Shown: positions 40,623 to 47,468 of the stretch, piece after piece | Layout: every line of letters starts with the position of its first letter | How positions within the stretch are numbered: position 1 is the first letter of the stretch | DNA from: Reclinomonas americana ATCC 50394 | Taxonomy: Eukaryota | Direction: 5' to 3' | Assembly (NCBI GenBank): GCA_048213135.1 | Contig: PS015009.1 | Span: 1,860,001 to 1,924,000 of the forward strand | Length of the DNA stretch: 64,000 nucleotides | Notes under the pieces: model-generated | Seen by the model: only the letters and a program-made list of their open reading frames with translations | What the model was told of the DNA's origin: nothing | Databases searched by the model: none | Position numbers and translations under genes: made by a program

Positions 40623-40687
40623 ATTACCGGGTGGTGTATTGGAGAGTTCACCAGGCTTTGGCCCCGGGTTATGCCCGGCCCGGTAAC
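40623..40687 (+). ncRNA. Degenerate tRNA-like element (possible Gln-UUG remnant)
   Basis: ttaccggg/cccggtaa acceptor-like stem, gtg/cac D-like stem, ggc-tttg-gcc mini anticodon arm, ccggg-ttatg-cccgg T-like arm. Confidence 0.45.
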
Positions 40688-40689
40688 AA

Positions 40690-40761
40690 GGCGGTCTGTT
40701 GTAACGGTAACCTACTACTCTCATAAGGTAGATGATCCCGGTTCAAATCCGGGGGCCGCAA
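40690..40761 (+). tRNA. tRNA with CAU anticodon (Met or Ile2), weak D stem, G1:A72 mismatch
   Basis: ctact-ctCATaa-ggtag anticodon arm, cccgg-TTCAAAT-ccggg T arm; close paralogue of the UAU tRNA. Confidence 0.72.
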
Positions 40762-40766
40762 CAAAA

Positions 40767-40839
40767 TGGTTCGTAGCTCAATGGTGAGAGTACCCGGCTT
40801 TTAACCGGGGGGCTGTGCGTTCGAATCGCACCGGGCCAG
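40767..40839 (+). tRNA. tRNA-Lys(UUU)
   Basis: tggttcg/cgggcca acceptor, gctc/gagt D stem, cccgg-ctTTTaa-ccggg, gtgcg-TTCGAAT-cgcac; no encoded CCA. Confidence 0.9.
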
Positions 40840-40902
40840 CAAAAGAAACAAGGTTGCAGGGTAGTGCATTTTCATCCTCCGGTAACCGCAAAAAATAAAA
40901 CG

Positions 40903-41970
40903 ATGAACGATCAGCAAATGATAATTAATGCCAACAGCGTTTTTGCATCGCATTACCTCGACAGTAAGGCACTGTACATGTATGCTTTCAAAACGGTGCC
41001 CTGCGTGAGTTTTGTCAATCATATTGACGGTGAAAAAGCTTTTGACGCGGTAAAGGAAAAATATGGAACGATGATTTTGTCGGTACACCGTTACAGGAGC
41101 TACAACAGGAAAGACACACATGCGGATTTCGACGACACCCTGGTATTGCTGAGTAATAACTGCCTGCTGGAATTCGATTCAGGTTATTGTGAAATACTCC
41201 ACAATTACGGTTCCGAAGCATTCGTAAAAGACCTGACCGCTTTCCTGAAAACATTCAGGGAGCGGCAAAGGAAAAAACCGCTGGAGATCAACCTGATCGT
41301 TCGCAATGGCGGTTACCTGGAACTGAAGTCCATGGAAGTGAAAAAGACAGCCCTTGACCTGGGCCTGTTTTATGAAGATGATTTCAGGGAAACCGACACC
41401 ATCATCCGGCAAAGACTGAACCAGAAAAATGACAAAGGTATTGTACTGCTGCACGGGTTACCCGGCACCGGTAAAACAACTTACCTGCGCCACCTGATCG
41501 GGAAGATTAAAAAGAAAGTGATGTTCCTGTCACCCAATATCGCCGGAAGCCTGGTTGATCCTGAGTTCATCGACCTGCTGATCGACAACCCCAACAGTGT
41601 ACTGATCATTGAGGATGCGGAAAATATTATTATGGACAGGAGGAACAACAGCAATTCATCTGTATCCAACCTGCTGAATATATCCGATGGCCTGCTGGCA
41701 GACTTCCTGAATGTTCAGCTGATCTGCACTTTCAACAGTTCGCTTACGCTGGTCGACAGCGCGCTGATGCGTAAAGGGCGGCTGATAGCGAAATATGAAT
41801 TCGGCAAATTAGGCATCGGTAAAGCGCAGGCGCTGAGCGATCATTTGGGCAACAGCACCATCATCAACAAACCGATGACCATTGCCGAGATCGCCAACCA
41901 GCATGAGAAGGAGCAGCAGCCGGAAAGGGTCGAAGTGATCGGGTTCCGACGGGAAGAATTGATGAACTGA
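40903..41970 (+). CDS. AAA+ ATPase with uncharacterised N-terminal domain
   Basis: Walker A GLPGTGKT, Walker B LIIED, SNLLNISDGL, ALMRKGRL arginine finger; ATG40903 preferred. Confidence 0.9.
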   Translation: MNDQQMIINANSVFASHYLDSKALYMYAFKTVPCVSFVNHIDGEKAFDAVKEKYGTMILSVHRYRSYNRKDTHADFDDTLVLLSNNCLLEFDSGYCEILHNYGSEAFVKDLTAFLKTFRERQRKKPLEINLIVRNGGYLELKSMEVKKTALDLGLFYEDDFRETDTIIRQRLNQKNDKGIVLLHGLPGTGKTTYLRHLIGKIKKKVMFLSPNIAGSLVDPEFIDLLIDNPNSVLIIEDAENIIMDRRNNSNSSVSNLLNISDGLLADFLNVQLICTFNSSLTLVDSALMRKGRLIAKYEFGKLGIGKAQALSDHLGNSTIINKPMTIAEIANQHEKEQQPERVEVIGFRREELMN

Positions 41971-41979
41971 TGAATACCG

Positions 41980-43002
41980 CTAGCCGGGAATCTTATCATA
42001 CAACTCAGCCATCAGCCTTACTTTTTTCCTGATCTGCCTGACGATATTGGACGGGGATATGACCCTCAACCCTTCGCCAAAACCCATGAGTTCTCTTTCC
42101 AGTTCAAAATTGGGAATGACCTCTATACTGAAAAGGGTTCCGCCTTTTACCGGTTCGAGTGTTTTTTGCGAAGGGTGAATGGGCTTGGTTTTGATATAAG
42201 GAGCCTGGCGGTGGCTGGCCCAGAACACAATAAGGGTGGGCTTTTCGGCGAAGTTGCGGGTAACGCCCACAATATCCCTGAAATAAGTTTGGGCATCGAA
42301 ATTCCGGTGCTCTAGAAAAAGTTCGTCAGGATGAGGTTGTACCTGCTGGATACGATCAAGTGCGAAAGTGATCAATTCCTTTCCCTTTTTGATCATACCC
42401 AGCACAAACCAGCGGTTGCGGTATTCTTTAAGCAGGCATGGATAGAAGATGATGTCATTGGCCTGCCGGGCCTTGAAAGACTGGTAAGTTAATACAACAG
42501 TGGTACGTCCAACGATGGCTTTGTATAATACATCCAGCCATTCGATACCGGTGAGCAGGTCGTTCTTTTCAAAATCGATGACCGGCGATTGGGCATGCTG
42601 TTCACTGTAGATCTTGTCTTCCAGTTTATTGACCATTTCATTAACATCATTGAAATGCGTGAACCCTTTGAACTGGCGCAGGAGATGCGATACTTCCTGG
42701 AGGATGTTCAGGTCCTGGGAGGTAAGCGGGATATTGGTGATCGAGTATTCCGGGTCTTCGTAGCTGTAATATTTTTTTTCAGTTACGATGATCGGGGCGT
42801 TATACCCCAGTTTGTCGCTGCGCATGGCGTTGAGGTCAAGCCGTATGGTACGCAGACTTACACCCCTGTCGAGTCCTTCGTATTCATAAAGGGCATCATT
42901 GCAGGCATCAATTAGCTGCTCAATGGTCCATTTGCGGCGGCGGTTCTGAAGACATTTATCAATGGTCCGGTACCTGATCAGGGCGTTGCGGTTAACGGGC
43001 AT
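41980..43002 (-). CDS. WYL-domain transcriptional regulator (wHTH-WYL-WCX)
   Basis: N-terminal NRNALIRY..ID..L wHTH, P.LLKEYRNRWFVLG, FALDRI, C-terminal WCX; divergent from TROVE. Confidence 0.93.
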   Translation of the reverse strand: MPVNRNALIRYRTIDKCLQNRRRKWTIEQLIDACNDALYEYEGLDRGVSLRTIRLDLNAMRSDKLGYNAPIIVTEKKYYSYEDPEYSITNIPLTSQDLNILQEVSHLLRQFKGFTHFNDVNEMVNKLEDKIYSEQHAQSPVIDFEKNDLLTGIEWLDVLYKAIVGRTTVVLTYQSFKARQANDIIFYPCLLKEYRNRWFVLGMIKKGKELITFALDRIQQVQPHPDELFLEHRNFDAQTYFRDIVGVTRNFAEKPTLIVFWASHRQAPYIKTKPIHPSQKTLEPVKGGTLFSIEVIPNFELERELMGFGEGLRVISPSNIVRQIRKKVRLMAELYDKIPG

Positions 43003-43038
43003 AAAAACTTTTTTTGCAAATTATAGAAAATATTTTTT

Positions 43039-43061
43039 ACTGTGCAAATAGATTGCACAGT
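43039..43061. promoter_or_regulatory. Inverted repeat ACTGTGCAA-N5-TTGCACAGT, candidate WYL operator
   Basis: Perfect 9-bp arms in the WYL/TROVE intergenic region, just upstream of an imperfect -7 element (GAgcTTTG). Confidence 0.7.
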
Positions 43062-43106
43062 TGTGTTGGAGCTTTGACTTATCAAACAAAAACAAAGGAG
43101 GTTACC

Positions 43107-44627
43107 ATGAAATTTAACCTGAAACTGAGAAGCAAAACAAAACAAGTAAGGAACTACGAAGGAGAAAAAGCATTTGTGCTGACCCCGAAGCTGGAACTGT
43201 ATACTGCTGTAGTTACTGCCGGTCTGAGCGACCAGTTCTACGAAACCGCACCGGAAAAGCTGGCCCGTATCCGGCAACTGATAGCTGCCAACGACCCGGT
43301 TTTCACAGCAAAGCTGGCAGTATATGCCCGGGAAGCGATGCACCTCCGCAGCATACCCCTGGTACTGGCTGTGGAACTGGCAAAACAGCACAGCGGCGAT
43401 ACACTGGTAAGTGAACTGGCCAGCCGGGTAATACAAAGGGCTGATGAAATAGCGGAACTGCTGGCTTACTACGCCCAGGCGAATGAACGGAAAGACATAA
43501 AACAACTGAATAAGCTGAGTAAGCAACTGCAGAAAGGCCTGGCGGAAGCATTTAACCGGTTCGACGAATACCAGTTTGCCAAATACAACCGTGATGCCAA
43601 AGTGAAACTGAAAGATGCCCTGTTCCTGGTACACCCGAAAGCGAAGAATGAAGAACAGCAGGTGCTGTTCAACAAAATAGTGAAAGATGAACTGCAGGTT
43701 CCGTATACCTGGGAAGTGGAAATGAGTGTGGCGGGACAACAAAAATTTGACTCTGCGGAAGTGAAGAAAGCGGCTTTCCGTGCAAAATGGGAAGAGCTGA
43801 TCTTCAGCAACAAAATGGGTTATATGGCAACGCTGCGTAACCTGCGCAACATACTGGAAGCGGAAGTGAGCAAAGAAGCACTGCAGAAAATATGTGAATA
43901 CATCGCCAGTGAAAAGGCGGTAGCGGCAAGTAAACAACTGCCGTTCCGGTTCCTGGCGGCGTACAGGGAACTGAAATCATTAAACAACGGTCGTACCGGT
44001 AAAGTGCTGGATGCGCTGGAAGATGCGATCCGGCACAGCGCAGCCAACATCGCAGGTTATAATGAAGATACCCGCGTGGTGATCGCTGCCGACGTAAGTG
44101 CCAGTATGCAAAAAAACATCAGCGCAAAAAGCAAACTGATGTATTACGATATTGGACTGGTGCTGGCCATGCTGCTGCAAAGCCGCTGCGAAAATGTGGT
44201 TACCGGCATATTCGGTGATACCTGGAAAGTGATCAGCATGCCGAAGAAAAATATACTGGCTTCCGTAACCGGTTTTTATGGCCGTGAAGGTGAAGTGGGT
44301 TACAGCACCAATGGTTACCTGGTGATCAAAGACCTGCTGCAAAGGAAAAGGGTGGTTGATAAGGTAATGATCTTCACCGATTGCCAGCTGTGGAACAGCT
44401 ACAACAGCGGTGAAAGCATCGCAAACCTGTGGAAAAAATACAAACAGGTAGCGCCGGGTGCCAAACTGTACCTGTTCGACCTGGCCGGTTATGGCCATGT
44501 TCCGCTGAATGTGATGAGGGATGATGTGTTCCTGGTAGCGGGCTGGAGCGATAAGATCTTCCAGGTACTGAAAGCAATAGAAGAGGGCAGCGATGCGGTA
44601 AAAATGATCGATAGCATTGCCCTGTAA
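43107..44627 (+). CDS. rsr: Ro60/Rsr TROVE-domain RNA-binding protein with vWA domain
   Basis: Helical TROVE region (YAREAMHLRS, RADE, FDEYQFAKY, TWE, MATLRNLRN, LPFRFLAAY); vWA MIDAS DVSASM and IFTDCQ; AAGGAGG before ATG43107. Confidence 0.95.
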   Translation: MKFNLKLRSKTKQVRNYEGEKAFVLTPKLELYTAVVTAGLSDQFYETAPEKLARIRQLIAANDPVFTAKLAVYAREAMHLRSIPLVLAVELAKQHSGDTLVSELASRVIQRADEIAELLAYYAQANERKDIKQLNKLSKQLQKGLAEAFNRFDEYQFAKYNRDAKVKLKDALFLVHPKAKNEEQQVLFNKIVKDELQVPYTWEVEMSVAGQQKFDSAEVKKAAFRAKWEELIFSNKMGYMATLRNLRNILEAEVSKEALQKICEYIASEKAVAASKQLPFRFLAAYRELKSLNNGRTGKVLDALEDAIRHSAANIAGYNEDTRVVIAADVSASMQKNISAKSKLMYYDIGLVLAMLLQSRCENVVTGIFGDTWKVISMPKKNILASVTGFYGREGEVGYSTNGYLVIKDLLQRKRVVDKVMIFTDCQLWNSYNSGESIANLWKKYKQVAPGAKLYLFDLAGYGHVPLNVMRDDVFLVAGWSDKIFQVLKAIEEGSDAVKMIDSIAL

Positions 44628-44633
44628 AACAAT

Positions 44634-44676
44634 AAGGTGGTTCCGCCACGGCGGGCCACCTTTAAAAGTTCTTTGA
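44634..44676 (+). promoter_or_regulatory. Hairpin plus boxA-like GTTCTTTGA ahead of the ncRNA array
   Basis: aaggtgg...ccacctt hairpin 44634-44662, then GTTCTTTGA 44668-44676, resembling rRNA-leader boxB/boxA. Confidence 0.55.
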
Positions 44677-44702
44677 TCAAATTAAAATATTAAAAGAAAG
44701 TA

Positions 44703-44822
44703 AGGATGTCGTAGAAATGGGTTACTTCGTCACCATAACAGGGGCCAGGGTCCCGGGCAACCGGGAAGAGGTGCAAATCCTCAGCTTGACAGCGGCCATT
44801 TCTCATTTCGCCTGTTACTCCT
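44703..44822 (+). ncRNA. Y-RNA-like unit 1 (degenerate tRNA-like insert)
   Basis: GGATGTCGTAG..GTTACTTCG 5' motif, CGCCTGTTACTCC 3' motif; insert has cccgg-gcaa-ccggg and gagg-TGCAAAT-cctc T-like arm. Confidence 0.7.
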
Positions 44823-44829
44823 GAACTCA

Positions 44830-44965
44830 TTGAGGTGTCGTAGTGCAGCATTGCTTTGGTAGAGCATCCCGTCACAGGCGGGAAGGCCGCAGGTTCAAGC
44901 CCTGCTCTTCCATTACAACCGGAAGATAGCTCAGCAAAACGCGGCTGCCCGCCTGTCACCCTCAA
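44830..44965 (+). ncRNA. Y-RNA-like unit 2 (tRNA circularly permuted at the D loop)
   Basis: ttgagg/cctcaa outer stem; insert order D3' (ggtagagc), anticodon arm (tcccg/cggga), T arm (gcagg-TTCAAGC-cctgc), loop-closed acceptor (tcttcc/ggaaga), D5' (tagctcag). Confidence 0.78.
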
Positions 44966-44971
44966 AACTTA

Positions 44972-45090
44972 TAAATGATGCCGTAGAGCAGGGTTACTTC
45001 GTAATTCATATGGCTAGAATGTTTCACTTCCGGTGAAAATGCAGCGGGTTCGACTCCCGCCATGTGCCCTGTTCGCCTGTTGCTCATTTA
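44972..45090 (+). ncRNA. Y-RNA-like unit 3 (unpermuted D-anticodon-T body, Gly-like UCC loop, no own acceptor stem)
   Basis: taaatga/tcattta outer stem; attc/gaat D stem, tttca-ctTCCgg-tgaaa, gcggg-TTCGACT-cccgc. Confidence 0.78.
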
Positions 45091-45098
45091 CAATAAAA

Positions 45099-45218
45099 AA
45101 AGGTGCCGTAGGGTAGCGTTACTTCGGCTCTGTTAGTTGAACGGTTACAACCATGCCGCGGCATGATGTGGGTTCGAATCCCATACAGAAAATACCGCAG
45201 CCCGGTTTATCGCCCTTT
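45099..45218 (+). ncRNA. Y-RNA-like unit 4 (unpermuted tRNA body, shortened anticodon loop)
   Basis: aaagg/ccttt outer stem; tctgt/acaga acceptor, gttg/caac D stem, catgc-cgcg-gcatg, gtggg-TTCGAAT-cccat. Confidence 0.78.
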
Positions 45219-45263
45219 CTGTTTTTTGCTATTTTCAGTGTAACAACTGATCCATATAAGATA

Positions 45264-45391
45264 TTACAGGTGTCGTAGAGAAAAGTTACTTCGACTATTA
45301 ATCGGCGGGTCGCAGGTTCGAGTCCTGCTCCTTGCAAAAAGGATAGCTCAGTTGGTTAGAGCAGCTACTTTTTTCGCCTGTTACCCTGTAA
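45264..45391 (+). ncRNA. Y-RNA-like unit 5 (YrlA-type T-acceptor-D order, residual Asn-like anticodon loop)
   Basis: ttacagg/cctgtaa outer stem; cga-ctATTaa-tcg, gcagg-TTCGAGT-cctgc, tcctt/aagga closed acceptor, gctc-agttggtta-gagc D arm. Confidence 0.85.
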
Positions 45392-45397
45392 CCGTAT

Positions 45398-45518
45398 CCA
45401 GGTGCCGTAGATAAAAGCTACTTCGTACAAAAACGATCCAACGCAGGTTCGAATCCTGCTCCCTGCAAAGGGATGGCTGAGTGGTTAAGCAGACTGCTTT
45501 TATTGTTTGTCGCCCTGG
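45398..45518 (+). ncRNA. Y-RNA-like unit 6 (YrlA-type T-acceptor-D order)
   Basis: ccagg/cctgg outer stem; gcagg-TTCGAAT-cctgc, tccct-gcaa-aggga, gct-gagtggtta-agc D arm. Confidence 0.83.
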
Positions 45519-45565
45519 TTTTTTTATAACAAAACGGATCAGCTCCGTGAACAAAAAATACAGTC

Positions 45566-46324
45566 ATGAAAGAAATAATGAATGCACTGGAAAAGTTAGA
45601 AACCAGTGAAAAAATAAGGATACTGTACGCCTGCGAAACGGGCAGCAGGGCCTGGGGATTTCCATCACCCGACAGTGACTATGATGTACGTTTCATCTAT
45701 ATAAGAGAAAGGAACTGGTATTTGTCTCTGGGAAAACGGAAAGATACGCTTGAGCAAATGGCTGGTGATCTTGATATCACAGGATGGGATCTCAATAAGA
45801 GCCTGCTCCTGCTCTCCAGGTCAAACGCGGCGCTGATAGAAAGATTTCAATCGCCTGTATTTTACAAAAAAGATGAATTGTTTTACAGCGAAATGAGAGC
45901 ACTGGTGGAACGGAACTATTCTCCCATAGCCGTGTTCTTTCATCATTACGCACTGGCCGGTAATCTCTGGGAAGAGATGGACGATAAAAAAGAGGTGAGC
46001 CTGAAAAAATATTTTTATGTTATCCGGTCGTTGATGTCCTGTTACTGGGCCATGAAAACAGGTGAACTCATGCCCATGCACCTCGAAGGACTGATGACCA
46101 TATGGAACGACGAAGTGAAAGCCATGCTCCGGGATCTTGTCCGCGTAAAATCGGGTGTAAAGGAAGGGTATCTTTACCGCCCCGGGAAGCCGGAAACAGG
46201 CTGGATAACACAACTGTGGAAAGAAGTAGAAGAGGGAAAGGAGGGCCTGGCAACAAGGAAAGGCGACTTTAAAGAACTGAATGATTTTTTCACCAGCACA
46301 ATCAACAAAAATGCTGACAATTGA
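45566..46324 (+). CDS. Pol-beta superfamily nucleotidyltransferase (YcgL/RlaP-type)
   Basis: ETGSRAWGFPSPDSDYDVRF (GS..DxD), DITGWDL, LKKYFYVIR. Confidence 0.9.
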   Translation: MKEIMNALEKLETSEKIRILYACETGSRAWGFPSPDSDYDVRFIYIRERNWYLSLGKRKDTLEQMAGDLDITGWDLNKSLLLLSRSNAALIERFQSPVFYKKDELFYSEMRALVERNYSPIAVFFHHYALAGNLWEEMDDKKEVSLKKYFYVIRSLMSCYWAMKTGELMPMHLEGLMTIWNDEVKAMLRDLVRVKSGVKEGYLYRPGKPETGWITQLWKEVEEGKEGLATRKGDFKELNDFFTSTINKNADN

Positions 46325-47381
46325 CGACATAAAAGAAAAAGGCTGGCTGATATTCGAAGCCATCGCCGGCAGCAGGGCTTATGGCCTGGCAGGTGAAGGA
46401 TCAGATACGGACATCAAAGGCGTTTTTATACTGCCGCAGCATTTGCTGTATTCCCTGGATTATGTGCCACAGGTAACAAATGCTTCCAATGATATAGTAT
46501 ACTATGAACTGGGGCGTTTTATGGAACTGCTGGAGAAGAACAACCCGGGTATGATGGAAATGCTTAACATTCCCGAACACTGCATCCTGCTGAAACATCC
46601 TGTAATGGATAAGATAAAGCAGGAGGATTTCCTGTCCCGCCTTTGCGAACAACGTTTTGCCAACTACGCCTATGCGCAGGTAAAAAAGGCTTACGGCCTG
46701 GAAAAGAAGATCATCAACCCGGAAGATGGCAAACGGAAAAGCCTGCTGGACTTTTGTTATGTATATACCAGTGAGAAAGCGGTTAGCCTGCCCGGCTACC
46801 TGGCAGAAAAAGAGATCGACCAGGAGCAGTTGGGTTTGTCGGCGATCGATCATATGAAAGATTGTTACCGCCTCTATCTTTCAGAGAAAGGTAGGTACTC
46901 AGGTGTGGTTAAAAAAGAGCATTCCGATTCAGTTGCCCTGAGCCATATACCAAAAGGTGAGGAACCGGTTGGGCTTCTGTACTTTAATAAAGATGCTTAT
47001 TCTGTTCATTGTAAAAAATATAAAGAATACCGGGAATGGGAAGCAGAAAGGAACCCGCAAAGGTATGCAGCCACCATAGCGCATGGAAAGCGGTACGATT
47101 CAAAAAATATGATGCATGTTTTCCGCCTGCTGCTGATGGCAAAAGAGATCGCGACAGAAAGAAGGATCAATGTTTTCCGGTCCGACAGGGATTTGCTGCT
47201 GGATATTAAACAGGGAAAATTTGAGTATGACGACCTGCTCAACAGGGCTGCTGCTCTCCAGGCGGAACTACCTGCCCTGTATGCCGCATCTGGTCTGCGT
47301 GACGAGCCGGTGCCCGGATTGGCCAGTAAGTTGCTGGTGGAGATGCGAACCCTCCTGTATAAAGAGGAGAAGTTCAGGTAA
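46311..47381 (+). CDS. Second Pol-beta superfamily nucleotidyltransferase (RlaP-type, longer form)
   Basis: AGSRAYGL...SDTDIKGVF, NNPGMME, YDSKNMMHVFRLL; ATG46311 overlaps the upstream gene. Confidence 0.9.
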   Translation: MLTIDDIKEKGWLIFEAIAGSRAYGLAGEGSDTDIKGVFILPQHLLYSLDYVPQVTNASNDIVYYELGRFMELLEKNNPGMMEMLNIPEHCILLKHPVMDKIKQEDFLSRLCEQRFANYAYAQVKKAYGLEKKIINPEDGKRKSLLDFCYVYTSEKAVSLPGYLAEKEIDQEQLGLSAIDHMKDCYRLYLSEKGRYSGVVKKEHSDSVALSHIPKGEEPVGLLYFNKDAYSVHCKKYKEYREWEAERNPQRYAATIAHGKRYDSKNMMHVFRLLLMAKEIATERRINVFRSDRDLLLDIKQGKFEYDDLLNRAAALQAELPALYAASGLRDEPVPGLASKLLVEMRTLLYKEEKFR

Positions 47382-47468
47382 ACAGATGATAAGCGGGATG
47401 AAGCTGAACGGAGCGTCGCCACTGAAGCTCGTTGCAGCACTGACGCTGACAAACAAAAAAACTAAATC

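Noticed and set aside
39786-40724. ORF-track entries over the leader/tRNA region, and 44690-45337 over the Y array
   Set aside because: They overlap tRNA and ncRNA structures, mostly antisense, and have no protein motifs.
44745-44790. Cobalamin riboswitch (GGGAA..GGTGCAAATCC resemblance in unit 1)
   Set aside because: Only the T-loop-like part matches. No B12 box was seen, and the segment lies inside the same scaffold as units 2-6.
44703-45518. CRISPR array interpretation of the repeated GTGYCGTAG..GTTACTTCG units
   Set aside because: Repeats are degenerate and bipartite and pair across each unit. The inserts are tRNA-like rather than unique spacers, and there are no cas genes in the window.
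44830-45518. Calling the TTCGA-containing segments ordinary tRNA genes
   Set aside because: Arms are permuted or lack a free acceptor end, and all are embedded in the shared scaffold.
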